A stretch of 64,000 nucleotides of DNA from Octopus vulgaris (lineage: Eukaryota), in assembly GCA_951406725.2 (NCBI GenBank), contig OX597817.1:113832001-113896000 (forward strand), in the 5' to 3' direction. The position numbers were made by a program, and so were the translations under genes. Of this stretch, positions 26,014 to 39,985 are shown in pieces (position 1 is the stretch's first letter; every line of letters begins with the position of its first letter). Below the pieces are notes generated by a model. That model ran no database searches. It had not been told where the DNA came from and saw nothing but the letters and a program-made list of their open reading frames with translations.

Positions 26014-26798
26014 TTCCCCACCCTCACTCACACATACATGTGCCACATGCATGGGGTAAAGATTTCTCTTGAAGATAAATAAAATCAGGACTGTTTCAGA
26101 AGAAACCAGATATGCTGTTATTGCCACATATAAATTATGTAAGCATATAAATTTTACCTGACTTGTTTACTGATGAAAGCATAAAGGGGGTTTGTATAAC
26201 TTCATTTTACAAGCACAAAACCCTAGAGTGTTTCTTTACACACATACACACACATTTACATATTATATACATGTACACAACTGAATTTTATGAAGCTATT
26301 ATGAAACAAGATAGGTGAATTAGCAGAATTAGCTGAGCATTGGGCAAAATGACTAACTCTATTTACTTATGTACTTTTCCAATCTGAGTTAAAATCCTAC
26401 CAGGTTTAATGTTACCTTTCACAGTTTGGAGTTTAATAAAGTAAGCCACAACACCAAACTGGGTGCAGCTGTAACTACCCAATCAATGCAGCAATTATTT
26501 TTATCTTATCACTAACTGAGGGTATTCTTCATGCTCAGCTTTGGTCTATTCCTCATACGCATCTGCCATATCCATGGGTACGTATGTGCTTACATGTTTG
26601 TGTGCATGTATGTATCTCTTGTTTGGTGTTGGGATGAGGGCTTGTATATACTTAAAATCATCATAAATTTATAGTGTGACATAAAATATTAGTTGAGATA
26701 TTTTTAAATATAAAAAGTTTCTTTTTAATGCAAAAAGAAAGAATACAGAACAAGAGAGAAAACACCCTCTTGAGCAAGCTTGGTAGAAAGAACCTTGT

Positions 26799-27660
26799 TT
26801 GCTGGGATGCTCTCACTGCATTCACCTGCAGCTTCTTTCTTGCTTCTCTGTCACTGTTCTCTCTTCAAGACCTCTCCATCTAGAATGCTCTTGCAGCTGT
26901 CTTCCTCTGCTCTCCTCATTCTAGTTTCTTTTTGTCTCACCAGCCTTTCTTTCTCTTACCACTTTCATACTCATCCACTGCTCCTCCCTTACACCTCTTT
27001 CACTGTTATCTTTGCACAGCCTCCTTACAGAGGATGCTTTTTCTGCTTTCAAAGCACTCTCGCTCCTTATTTCAATATCTGCCAGCTTCTCTTTCTCTCA
27101 CTTTAACCTCTTCACAGCCTCCCTATCTGGGATGCTTTCTCTGCTCTCCTCCCTCCCACCAACTGCTATGGTACCCCCCAACTATACTCTCCATCACCCT
27201 TCTTGCTGCATCCGCCTACTGTTCCCTCACCCTCCATCCATCTCCTTTCCATTGCTGTACTCTACTCTCCACACAGCTTCTCCACCTCCATAACACTTTC
27301 TCATCTTTTCTTCTTTGGCCTACACCCACAACACTTCAAACCTTCTCCTTCACTTCTCAACCTGGCCAACTACCATTCCCCCACCTCCTGCCCTTCTACC
27401 CTCAATTAGCCCTGTTTGGATTCCTAAGCCTACTCACCTTGTCTATCCTGCATGTTCTTTCTCCCATTTCCCTTACATCTTAGACCCTTACATTTATAAT
27501 ATGAGATAGCATTGAATCTCCCAACACAACTCATCTCATAACCCTTACCACTGTTCTCCATCCCTACTTCATTAATATGACACTAATCTCTTCTTCCCTT
27601 CTCCTGGCCCTTATTCTCTCTCCCTAAAGCATAAACACTCTCCACAACCACATTCTCATA
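26799..27660. repeat. Pyrimidine-rich low-complexity tract with four decayed GATGCT(C/T)-containing subunits
   Basis: Related motifs near 26799, 26870, 27018 and 27116; strong C/T skew explains the overlapping ORFs. Confidence 0.5.
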
Positions 27661-30622
27661 ACTATAAATCTGTTTCTTTCATCGTATTACACTGAAATTA
27701 AATGAGAGCTATTATAAAACATGAATCCAAGAAAAGAAAAAAAAATGCACACAGAACCCCATGGGACTCAAACCACATATGTCATAATCCAGATGGCAAT
27801 TCCAACCTTTGCACCAAAATGACCAGACATACTTACTCCACTCAAATTTGTATAAAGTGTCAGTCATCAGCTAGGCTATTTGTATCTCTCTTGCCTACCA
27901 CACAAGGTCTTTGGTATTTTATAGCACTTAACCTTAGGCTACATAAAAAAATCTTTCATGTTATAATTTTTATTCATCATTTAACATAGTTTACATATCT
28001 GAAATTCTTAATGTCATTATGATTTTGAAAGGACCTACAGCATACTTACATCAGAATAAAGAATGAAATCTTTCTGAAACTATAATTTAAAGAACAGCTT
28101 TTTGAGTTCTTTAGTAGGTAGACTGTAAGGAAATAACTAAACAAACAACAAAAGAGTAATCTAGTTACAACAGAAGTTGGCTACCTAATATGATTTTGCT
28201 TTCTAACAGAAGCTACATAAGCATTATGCTGCTGTTTTAATTTTGGAGCAATCTCTATGAAACCCTAGAGAAATAAGGTCTTGCTTGGGTCTAGTTGTTT
28301 TCTCAAGCTATGAAATATGAGTAGCATACCAGAGCAGATGGGAATCCTAAGGGGGTGAATAGAGAAAGTGCAGGCTCTTACTTTTAAAAATAACAGAAAT
28401 AAGCCAAATTTAAAAGCAAAAGTTTATTTGTGCAGTATTTTAAAATACTGGATTTAGTTTATCAGAATAATAAAACATGAATTATTTTCAATTCAATTCT
28501 ACATTCTTCTTTTTATATTTTATGTTATAATTATTATTATTATTAATGATTTCTTACAAGGACAGAAAGAAAAATCTCTAAGTATGCAGGCTACAATCAG
28601 TACAGTCAATCTCAGGGTGCTAGAGTTGCAGTAACAGTTGAATGCCAGACAAAAATGTTTTATATTTACTTTTATGATTTTATATTTTGAGTTTAAATCT
28701 CAACAAGATCAACTTTGCATTTCATTTCCTTGACATTAATAAAAAAAATGTACAATATACTATGTGCAATGTATCTGATTACACACCTCCCTTGAAAATT
28801 TGTGGTCCTGTACCAATATAGGACATTCTTATGCATTTAAATTATTGACATAAGGTTAAAATGCTGATGGTTCATAATCTACCAAAACCCACTCATAATC
28901 TACAATAACCCAGGGCTATTAATAGAAGACACTCACTCAAGGTGTCACACAGTGGGACTGAACCTGAGATCAACCAAAAAAGAAACAATCAAACGCAGAT
29001 ACAATTGAAAACCACTTCTCTTTTGAAGAATAGATAGCACAAGGTAACCGCTAAGTACATATGTCAACAATACCAGAACTAAGAATTTGACTAAAGGGAA
29101 TCACACCAACTTACAACAAATGTCACACCTTTAACCCTTTTGCTATATAAGAGCAATAACTAACATGAAATTTTGATGAAAGGCTTTTAGATCACTAACG
29201 GGATGCATTCTCAGGTGGATTGATAAACCAATCTTTGGTTAAGAAACTAAAAATCACACAAACACAAACTCTCTCTCTCCCCCTCTCTCTAAACATAATA
29301 CTGTGACGATTAAAACTTTGATACTGCAGCTGTTCTGTTAAAATTTACTCCAAGAGCTAATACCAGTTTTATTTTGTAATTTGCCAGGTCACACACATAC
29401 TCCCAAGTTTTAATATGGTGTCATCTGAAGGTGAACTTTAGGTGATATTTTGCATTTATTATTGAGTTCTAATAGTCACATAGGAGCTCAATAGTTATTT
29501 AAAGAGGCACATCTAAAGATAAATCATGTTAACAGGACAACATAGTTGAATTAATTAAATGTTGGGGTAGACTTTCATGCAGAGAATGTAGGTTTAAAAC
29601 TAGATGCTTAGGGTGCTGTTTATATTGTTATTGTGGTAGTGATTGGTTTAGCTCAGTTCAGTCTGCATGAGCAGACTCTTGGTCAAAAGCATTTCAGTAA
29701 ATGAACATCCTGTCCTAGAATCATGAAATTAAATCAACTCTTGTACACTACTACTACTACTAATCATAATGATGATGATGATGATAATAATAACAACATC
29801 CACCACCACAACCAACAACAACAACTACTACTAATGTTTACCTAGAACTACATTATCCAATGTTTTCTTATTTTTAAATCATCATCATCACCATTTAACG
29901 TCCATGTTTTCTGTTTGTTTATGTATGAAGGAAGATTCTAACTATGTAGAACATTCAATATAATGTTGGCGCCACTCAGATTATTGAAACATATTCAACC
30001 TGCTTCAAACAGGAAATATAATAAGAAAGTAAAAAAAAAATTTTTTTTAAATATTAAAAAAATTCTTCCACAGTTCTTCTTCAATATCTCACAAACCAGG
30101 ATTCTTTTTAAATAGTTACCAAGAAAAATTTCATATGAAATTAAATCAACTCTCATATTCTGCTGCTGCTATTACTACTTATTTTATCAAATCCGGAGGA
30201 ATGGAACCCGCCACCCCTCCCAACCACCACACACACACAAAAGTGAAGAATATAGAGAAATCTGAATACTATGAAGCATTCATTTAGATTCTATACTGAT
30301 GGCACCCATCACCCAGTCAAGTAATAGAAATAGCAGTCATATCACCCTCAATTCCTACTCTATCATCTTAGAAAAGAAAGATGCCTAAAAATGTAGAATG
30401 GGTATGGCTGGTTTAAATGCAAAAGGGATAAAGTTATTGTGAGCCATTCTTTTCCAAGCTAATAATATACTCAGTATCACTGTCTTGATATAACTTGATA
30501 TATGTGTGTGTGTGTGTACACATATACATAGGTGTGTATACATAAAAATATGTGATGGTGCATGCGTGTGTTTGTGTATACATACGTGTATGCATCAGAG
30601 TATGTGATGGCGTGCATATGTA

Positions 30623-31813
30623 CGAGGTGCATTCAAAAAGTATCCAACTTCATTATTTTCCCACCAAAACTAATGCCACATGGGCAGAATCCTTTGGGTG
30701 GGAGGTGATGTCACCCTTTCTGAGCGTGCATGAAAAGTTTTGAGCCAGTAGGACACGTCAGTTCCCAGCTGTTATACACAGAGTACAAGCATGAAATGTG
30801 TGCTTGTCAGATTTTGGTTTTCAAGCAAAATGACTGAATGCATCAAGCAGAGATATTGCATCAAGTTTTGCGAAAAGCTTGGTGATACTCAAGCTCATAT
30901 TATCCAGAAGATTCAGCAGGTCTTTGGTGATGATGCCATGGGCAAAACTCAGATCAAGGAGTGGTACAACTGCTTCAAACATGGCCACACCTCAGTGGAA
31001 AGCAAGGCAAGCTCAAGCCAAAATGTGGAGTCAATTGAGAAGGCATGGTGAATAGTCATGGAAAACCATTGTGTAATAAGGGAACTGTTCATGAGGTGGG
31101 AATAAGCACAGAATCAGTGCATTCCATTGTAAGAGAGGATTTTTCCATGTTGGGGGTGTTGGCGAAATTCATCCCCATGGTGCTGGCAAAACAGTTGAAG
31201 CAACTCTGCATGGAAATCACTCAGGACATGCTGGACTGTGCAAACTATGATCCAGAATTCATGAAGACTATCGTAACAGGTAATGAGACAGGAGTTTATA
31301 GTTCCTCCAAATGGAAGCATCTGTCATCACCAAGGCCCAAAAAGTATAACAGGTTCACAGCAATGTGAGGGTAATGTTGACCTGTTTTTTTTACTCCTGT
31401 AGTATTGTGTATCATGAATACACACCACAAAGCCAAACAATCGATAAGGAATATTACCTGGAGATTACATGTCATCTTGGTGAGGCTGTGCCTTGAAAAC
31501 AGCCAAACATGTGGTTGGTGAAGAATTAGCAACTTCACCATGACAGTGCATCAGCTCATTCTGCCCACACAAACTGATAAACTGAAAGGGAAGCAATTTG
31601 AGTCACATGGGGAAATTATGAGAAAAGCAATGGCAGAGCTCCATAGCATTCTAAAGATGTTCCAGAGGTTACTAACGGTGGCAGAATCGTTGGGAGAAGT
31701 GCATGAACTCCTAAGGGGAGTATTTTGAAGGGAATTAAACAAGATTTGTGAACTGTACAAAATGGGGGGTTTTTTTTGTGGCAAGAGGTTAAATACATTT
31801 TGAACGCACCTCA
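30623..31813 (+). mobile_element. Decayed mariner DNA transposon with both TIRs and TA target duplication
   Basis: TA|CGAGGTGCATTCAAAAAGTATCCAAC vs right end (rc) TGAGGTGCGTTCAAAATGTATTTAAC, 21/26 identical, followed by TA; peptides QRYCIKFCEKLG, TGNETGVY (TGDETW), LHHDSASAH; YSPDLAP region deleted. Confidence 0.93.
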
Positions 31814-33296
31814 TATGAGATGGTGCAAATGTGTGTATGTCTGTGTAATAGTGAATATGTGTGTATGTGATGGTGTGTGGGAGTGGGTGATGGAGCTGAT
31901 TGTTTGCAGACAACTATTTAAATTAATTTATTTCATGTAGAACAAAAATTGACTTTTCAAGAGAAAAAAATTAAAACAAGTCTTTCTTTTTAATCTTTTG
32001 TTTATTTCTAAGATAAGAAAAAGAAGAGAGAACAAGATTAGCTAGATAAAGCAAATTAAGTGACTGCTGACTTTTAAACTAATTAAATAAATATAGACAG
32101 AATAAAATAAACTAAGTGCATAAAAATAATAACAGCACTTATTGACTGAAATTTCATCAGATATTTATAGTGTTTCACAAAACATTTACATTTCATTTTG
32201 GAGGAAGTCAACTTCAGAATAGAAATACAGTTTCTACAAAACAAAGTAGCAGTGGATGGTGGAAGGAAGGCATATAACTGATTAAAACACACACACGCAC
32301 ACACAAAGCAAGAGAATTACTGAAAAAAAAATCTTTGTACTAGGTATCCAATATTTAATGATACAACATTCCAGTTCCGAAATGTCTGGTGCAAAGTATT
32401 AGCATAATGAAAACAGATCTTCTTTAAGTTGATAAGGAAAGAAGAAACTTGTTTAAACTGGAAGTAAAATGATAAGCAGAAAGTAATAGATATGTTATAT
32501 CTGATGTTGAAATAATATTGAGATAAACCTTAATGCATAAAACACCAAATATATCTAACACAATTGTATAGGTAATTAGAATTAAGAGGAAAAAATTGGG
32601 TGATGGTAAGAAATGCAGAAATGAAAAAAATCGAAGGAGGAGGCAAATGAGAATGATTATGATTATGATGAGGAGGAGGTGATGTGGACCACAACATGTT
32701 GATGAAATCTTTTATAACCGAAGCAGAAAGATATGTATTTTGCAATTTATCTCTCTTCTTTTAGTTTTTTTCTGCTTCTAATGCTAAATATCTTATCAGT
32801 TTGGTTTACCTAGGATTACAGATTTCTAATAATAGCCAGTATAAATGGAAACTTGGAAAACTTTAAAAAAAAAGCAAAAAATAAAATCTGACAAGCACAT
32901 ACCAGAACTTAATGAAACAGACAACATAATTCCATTAGAAAAATCATCTTTAAAAACGTAGATAAAATAATTACACCAGGTTTACAAACTTACATTTTTT
33001 ACTTAACCCACACAAATGTTTCCTTGACACATCAGCATTTGTTCAAAAGAAATGGAATAATCAAGTGAATCAACTCTAGTATATGACTGGTACATCAATA
33101 ATCAGCATCAACAGAGGTTAAACTGAGAACTAGATTTGCCAAAATTAAATTCAATATTAAATGCATAATGTATTTAGATTAATCATTTATCAGCTTGGCA
33201 TTTTCATTGACCTATTGACATATAAATAAACTAGAAAAATAGGAAGGATGATGGCAGAGAAGACATTTAGCTGAAACAGTTCAAGAGTATTAAGAA

Positions 33297-33297
<1 letters not shown>

Positions 33298-33335
<38 letters not shown>

Positions 33336-33370
33336 TGTGTGCGTGTGTGTGAGAGTGAGTGTGTGTGTGT
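33298..33370. repeat. (TG)n microsatellite
   Basis: Read directly. Confidence 0.95.
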
Positions 33371-33876
33371 CCATCTATATGTATAAATATTTGTGTGTGT
33401 GTTCCCATCCAAGTTCGTTTGTTTTCTGAATTGAGTTTTCTGTGTTCTGCCTTGGGCAAGACTTTCAATTGTAGCCACAGGTGGGCTAGTGTCTTATGGA
33501 TGTAGCAGGAAGATGGAAATTGTGCAGAAGACCATTTTATATGCATGCGTGTGTTTATATCAGCATGAAATTGCTTCACATTTACTTCAACAGTGACGAT
33601 TATGTCTCTTACAGACAAAATGCCCAGCAGCGGTTCAACATGTTAAAGCCTGGAATAAAGTACCTTACTTATAAAACCAATGAGGGTTGGTGCAAGAAGG
33701 GCATCTGGCCATAGAATCCAGCCTGAAGAAGTCATGCCTAATTCGTGACAGCTTGGAAAAAGTGGATGTAAAAACAAAAATGATGAAATATGTGTGTGCA
33801 TTCAGATATGACGGCTGTGTCGGTGTGGACATGGACGACATGTGCTGGTAAAGAATGTGCTGACACAGCTGTGATA

Positions 33877-34285
33877 GGCATAAACATAGCTGTGTGCTTA
33901 AGAAGCTCACTTCCCAACCATGTAGTTTCAAGTTCAGTCCTACTGTATAGCACTTTGGTCATGTGTCTTCTGCAATAACTGTGGGCTGACTAAAAGTTTG
34001 TGAGTGGATTAGGTAAATGGAAACTCAAAGAAGCCATTGTGTGTGTGTGTGTGTGTGCATATGTTTGTCTCCTTGTCTTGACATTGCTCGATAGTTGTAA
34101 ATGAACATCATCATACAGGCAGTGCCTTTTGTTTCCAATTGTTCATGAAAGCATTTCTATAGGGAAATATCAACTCACTTGGAAACAGATGAGTATTGGT
34201 AGTAAGAGGGGCATCTAGCTGCAGAAAATCTGTCTCAATGAATTCCATCAGAGCCATGCAAGCATGGATAAGTGTATGTTAATGA
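33877..34285 (+). mobile_element. Composite SINE: A head + (TG)n + D body + C-type tail
   Basis: CTTCCCAACCATGTAGTTTCAAGTTCAGTCC head, CTTGTCTTGACAT...GGAAATATCAACTCACTTGGAAACAG body, GGGCATCTAGCTG...CCATGCAAGCATGGA tail. Confidence 0.75.
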
Positions 34286-35344
34286 GAAATATACAAAAAG
34301 GAAGTGAGTAAATGATACCTGTATCAAAGAAGATGGTGGGGGTGATATGTTTAGATATTAAGAAATTGGGCTTCAGGGGTAAGACAACACAATCAAGAAG
34401 AGTAGTGAAATGATGTACTTTAAAATTGCACAGCCCAAGTTAATATAGAATAGGAAAGATATAATTATGAGGATGATATAAAAAGTAAATTAAGCATATA
34501 TCAAGAAACAGATATCTCTTACAAAATATTTGTTCTAAAATTAAAAGTTAATATATGGTGGGGAGAGGAGAGATAAAAAAAAAATCACTATCTGATTAAT
34601 GTTTGAGCAAAAGTAGTCACAAAATAATTTTCAAAAAAACATTAAAATTTAACTAAAAACTAATAAGATTATTAATGAAAGTTTATGAACATAGTTCAGT
34701 TTTCTGAATAGTTATGTGATGGTTGAGGGTGTCAGAATGCAACAGCTATTAATCTGCATTAACAGTTGGTTGGTTGATATAGTTCCTGTTGCAGTTCTAA
34801 ATGAACTAATCAGCTAATTGACTGAGAAATAATTAGAAGCTATATGTCAAGATAATCACTTCTATCCTGGAGATCCATCTTAATTGATTAGAGGGAGAGA
34901 GAGGATGGGAATATATGAAGTGTATATGTTTAAAAAAGAAGATTGTATAAAAGAAAAAAAAAATTGCAACACTTTCAATAATAGACAAATTTTGTTGATG
35001 ATACAATGACTGCAAGTAATATTAGACTCTTTGACCTTCTTGCATTTTCAGGTTTCATTTGAATTGCAGTGCAATCTGAAGACTAGTGTATTTATTAATT
35101 ATATATAATAAATTAATTAATTAAATAAATGTCTTACAGATATAAACATTATTATGCTTCTTATGGCTGGTGGCATATTGAACAATATTCTACTACAGAT
35201 AATATCTTTTATTCTTATTAACATTCTTTATAATATCCTTTATTCTTATTATTGTGTGCTGTGTTAAAATAATGCTTTTTTTTATATATATATATGTGGT
35301 GTGTGTGTTCATTCAGTTCATATCATGTTCAATGGTAACTCACA

Positions 35345-35759
35345 GTTGAAAAGTACCCAGGACTTGTTCATTGAAAACGCGTTTTGTTTCAACAAGACAA
35401 TGCAAAGCTACATACTGCCAGAAAGACCAGCAACAAGAATTGGACAGTGTGGAAGCTCTGCCGCATCAGCCTATAGTGCACACGTTGCTCTATCTGACTA
35501 CAGTCTCTTCTGATCAATGCAGCACTTTATGAAAGGTTGCCGATTTGCGTCATTTGATGAAGTTGAAGAAGCCCGTCAAGAATTTTTCGATTCAAAGCTG
35601 AAGGATTGGTACTTTGACCAAATTCGAAAGCTTGCAGATCATTGGCAGAAGGTTGTGGAAAATAATGGTTTTTATTTTGAAGAATTGTTGTTTTTGAATA
35701 AATTCTTGCATAAAAAATTATTATTTTAACATAGCACACAAACTTTTTCCTCAACCTAG
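35345..35759 (+). mobile_element. Mariner 3' fragment with right TIR, second family
   Basis: AYSAHVALSDYSLF*SMQHFMKGCRF...IRKLADHWQKVVENNGFYFE matches YSPDLAPSDYHLF...KLxxRWQKV; ends AACTTTTTCCTCAACCTAG|TA. Confidence 0.9.
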
Positions 35760-36218
35760 TAGTTTGGGAGTATGTATGTATGTATGCATGCACATATATC
35801 TATAAATATATATATATAATCATAGCTTAACATTCACTTTTTATTTTTGTGTGTGTCTCCTTGTCTTGACATTGCCAATAATTGTTAACAAAACATTAGT
35901 CATACAAGGAGTATTTTTTGTTTGAAAACTGTGAAAACATGTCTAGACTTTGCTTGGAAGCAGATGAGTGTTGGTGACAAGAAGAGTATCCCACTACTCC
36001 TTACACTTAACCTTTTCTGTAGTGCTAGTTATCTCTCTCTCTGACCTCAGTTGCTGTTTCTACCACCATACTCTTGCTCCTTTCACCTACCCATCTTAAC
36101 TCATCTGTCCACTCTCTCTCCTCTATACATCTCTTTGGTCACATTCTGAAGCATACAGGTCTTAGAGTGGTGAGTATTCTTTGCTCTCACAGTGTATAAG
36201 GCAATGCTTTTCAGGTTA

Positions 36219-36541
36219 GCATCACAATAAAATGAACCCAGTACATGCTGTAAAAGTGGTTGGTGAATGAATTGCAAAAGCATAAAGTCAGGAGGATCTT
36301 TTAGTCATGTCTTAGTAAAGACATGACAGATCTCTAATGCTGGTGTTATGATAAAATGCACCAAGTACACTGATGTGGTTAGTGATAGAAAGGGCATCTA
36401 ACCATAGAAGCCAAGCCCAAAATCCTCCAACCTGTCTACAAAAGCAGTGGTTCCCAATAAGAACTGACTTGGATCATGATTAACCCAACCCATACCAGCA
36501 GGGAAAGCAACTATAAAGATGATGATGATGATGATGATGAT
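36219..36541 (+). mobile_element. Decayed SINE family C
   Basis: GTGGTTAGTGATAGAAAGGGCATCTAACC...CCAACCCATACCAGCAGGGAAAG...(GAT)n. Confidence 0.65.
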
Positions 36542-37349
36542 ATCTGTATCACTTCCAATTTCATTTTTCTTATTGGAATTATATTTTAATTCCTAGAAAC
36601 TCCAAACATTGAGGTTTGGCAAAACAATAGTAGTTGGTTATTTAGTGGAAAGAAAATAAATGTCGAAGTTGAATTTGCATTGAGTAAATAATGATTGTAT
36701 TCTCTCTATAACATTTCCATTCTTACTCACCTTATATTATTTAACACTACACATACACTTGAACTTTTTATTTTTAATGTTTAAATACCACATAGATAAA
36801 TATTGATTTTTATCTTAGTGGCCTCATTTAGTTCTGGTTTCTCTTTGAAGTATCAATTTAATGGGTTTAAAAAGTAGTTACTAAACTGAAATTATCTCCT
36901 TCCTCCTTTCTTCTTTAGATTTTCATTTAAAATTGTTATTTCAAACTTTCATATAAGGCCACAAATTATATAGTTAATTGTATTAATTCTGGTACAATAC
37001 TGGATTGAATGGTTAAAAGGCAAAATAAACTGATGGGATTTGAACTTAGAATGGGAAAATAATGTAACAAAATTATATAAAGCATTTAGTCAAGCACTTT
37101 ACCACTTCACTTCTTCTTTTGTGAGTGTGTGTGTGTGTGTGAAATAATAGCTTGCTACTTTATTTATTGTTTAGTTAGAAGAAAAAGCAGTGCCCAAGAA
37201 CCTCTATAGGGCTTCCAAGACTGGCAAGAAGAAGCAAGGAAGTTATCTTGGCCTGAATACTTGCAACATTAATGGATTCTACAAAAGGTACTCAAGAAAC
37301 ATGTGGTAATGTTAAGCCAGGTGATGGATTAACTCTACCACACAAGTAG

Positions 37350-38005
37350 GCAACAACAGGATTTGAACTCCAAGTGCAAAGCACTGGAACAAATACTGTT
37401 GGGCATCCAGTCCAATGTTTTAACAATTTCACCAACCCACCTTTCTTACTTCTTTATTGCCCACAAGGGGCTAAACATAGAGGGGACAAACAAGGACAGA
37501 TAAAGGGATAAAGTCAATTACATCGACCCCAGTGCGTAACTGGTACTTAATTTATCGACCCTGAAAGGATGAATGACAAAGTCGACCTTGGCGGAATTTG
37601 AACTCAGACTAATACATTATCACCCCATGAAGGATGAAAGGTAATGCTGAGCTTGGCAGGATTTGCACTTAGAATTCAAGAAGCCAGAATAAATAACACA
37701 GGGCATTTCACTTCATGTTCCAACTCTGCCAATTCACTTTACTTATCTAATAAGCCAATGTTGAAAAGGATGGTTAAACCTGGTTATATCAGCTCCTTCT
37801 GACATGGCAACAAACTGGCAGAATTACTAGAGCATTAGAAAAATGCTTTGCAGTATTTCTCCAGGCTCTTTATAGTCTGAGTTCAAACCACACTGTGATC
37901 AAATTCACATTTCTGGCATGATTAAAAAAGTACCTGACAAATATTAGGGTTGATGTATTCCCTCCCTTCAAATCGCTGGTCTTGTGCCTATATTAGAAAT
38001 TATAT
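37350..38005. mobile_element. Cluster of family B copies in both orientations, including a young copy with an alternative tail at 37445-37610
   Basis: CpG-intact core ACATCGACCCCAGTGCGTAACTGGTACTTAATTTATCGACCC...GTCGACCTTGGCGGAATTTGAACTCAG on minus; plus copy at 37803-38005. Confidence 0.8.
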
Positions 38006-38470
38006 TCCTTCTGGTGATGCTTATATGTACTTATTAACCTTGGAAAACAAAAGCTGATCTCAGTTGGATTTCAAAAGAAAACTAAAGAAGATGATTGTAA
38101 CAAAATACCAGAAGTAACTAGCCTAAATATATCTGTTGCAACTTTGTCTCAAAACACCTAACAATAATGGTTTGATATTCTGCTAGAAAAATCAAGAAAT
38201 TCATACATCCATATCGAAAGTAATGTAAATTTCTATGGGTTTGATTTATTTCTAGGCACAATGAAAGCAGATGAAAAGAACAGAAAATCATATTTAGGGA
38301 ACAAATAACAAAAATAAATTTAGAAACAAATAGATCAAAGATAAGTAATGTTTAGAGGGCACTAACCAAATATCATTAACCTGACAAAGTAATCAAAATT
38401 GTAAAAATTACAGCCTTCAGAGGCAAGCAAAAATAAATGATATGGAAAAGAAAGTACAGAAGCTTTCTCA

Positions 38471-38471
<1 letters not shown>

Positions 38472-38518
<47 letters not shown>
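38472..38518. repeat. (TA)23 microsatellite
   Basis: Read directly. Confidence 0.97.
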
Positions 38519-38521
<3 letters not shown>

Positions 38522-39790
38522 TCAGTGTGATGTTACAATAATAACAGGTCCTAGATGTTAACAAGAATATATATAAAAAAAATCAAAACCTAGTGAATGC
38601 TCTTAGAAACTTCAACTAGATGTTAATGCAAGTTAGGGGTAGGGAACTCTAGGAAAAAAGCATTAAATAAATATAGATAAATTTATATCAAAACAAGTAA
38701 AATTATGAATGACTCCAATGCCCGCAAGAGATTTCAGAGCAGATCATCATCTATGATTTATTACATAAAACAAGGTGGGGCAGACATAGCCATCATTGGA
38801 TGCTAGTCTAATGAAAGCGAAGTTCCTGGATGAAGTGATTTCTATTCTTGACAGCTGTGTGAACTGAAGCATATAGAATTAAGTATGCTACTCAATTACA
38901 CAGCACTATGCCTACAGTGGATATGAACCTAAGTTCTATAAGTTGGTAATCTAATACCACCTTATCATCAAACCAATGAAGTGGTAATTAAGAAGCTGGA
39001 TCTGAGACCAATAGCAATAATTTCAGCAAAGGATTATTTTATCCAACATTTTGTGGTTGATCTTCAATAAAATAGTGAACATCAACTGATACAATACATT
39101 AGCACAGGTATATTTTCCTTGTGCTACATAATTCAAATTCTGTCATCAGCTTCTTTACATTTCATTCCACCAAGATGTATAAAATAAATACTAATGAAAC
39201 TGCAGCTTCTTTTGAATTAGGTATAAAGGCCCTATATATTTAGAAGAATGGAGAGTAAGATGCATGCATTTCCCAAGGGTGTTAGCAATATGAAGAAAGT
39301 AAATTAACTAAAAGGAGGAATTGAAATCGTGTCACAATTTCAGCTTGAAGAGAGCTTACATACTGCTCTGTGCCACAAGTACCAACAGTATAGATTTTTT
39401 GCATAAGTACAAGGTATTAGGTTTATTAGGGAAAAAAATACTTTATGGGTATCTTAATAAGTCTAAGGAAATTTTAAGAGTTTGTGAAATTAATATTACT
39501 GATATCCAGTTTGAACATTTGCAGGCTAAGCCTGTAGATGATAGACCAAGGACTAGCTAATGGTATTAAGCCAGGTAATGAGAGAAACTTATCATTTGCT
39601 GTATATCTCCCAAGCAATGTCATTTAACTCTTAAAGGCTCAAATAGATGGTTAATAAAAGTAAAGTATTAGGTATTAGTTAAATTTATGTAAATACTTTA
39701 TTCTGGGATGATAAAAGTGCCATATTATGGTCAGTAATATGACATGTCAGATAACCTTCTTAGGTTTCAGTCAGTTCCAGCAATATTTAA

Positions 39791-39985
39791 TCCTTTAACC
39801 GTCATATTTCTTCTGATGAGAAAGTTAATTTTGAAAATAATGAAGAATTCAATAAAATAACTTTGTCATAATTAAACTGGTGTTTAGATCATAAATCAAT
39901 GTGAAATTTTGATGAAAGGCTCTAATTTAGATAATTTTAAACAGAAAATTTGTATCATAATACATGTAGGTCGGTATCAAAAGAG
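39791..39985. mobile_element. piggyBac-like MITE, family 2, decayed
   Basis: TTAA|TCCTTT ... AAAGAG|TCAA; shares TGAAATTTTGATGAAAGGCT with the TTAA|CCCTTT fragment at 29135-29195. Confidence 0.55.

Noticed and set aside
26780-27509. 183-aa ORF and overlapping ORFs
   Set aside because: C/T skew removes stop codons in all frames; no protein motif. The same applies to the minus ORFs at 54047-54642
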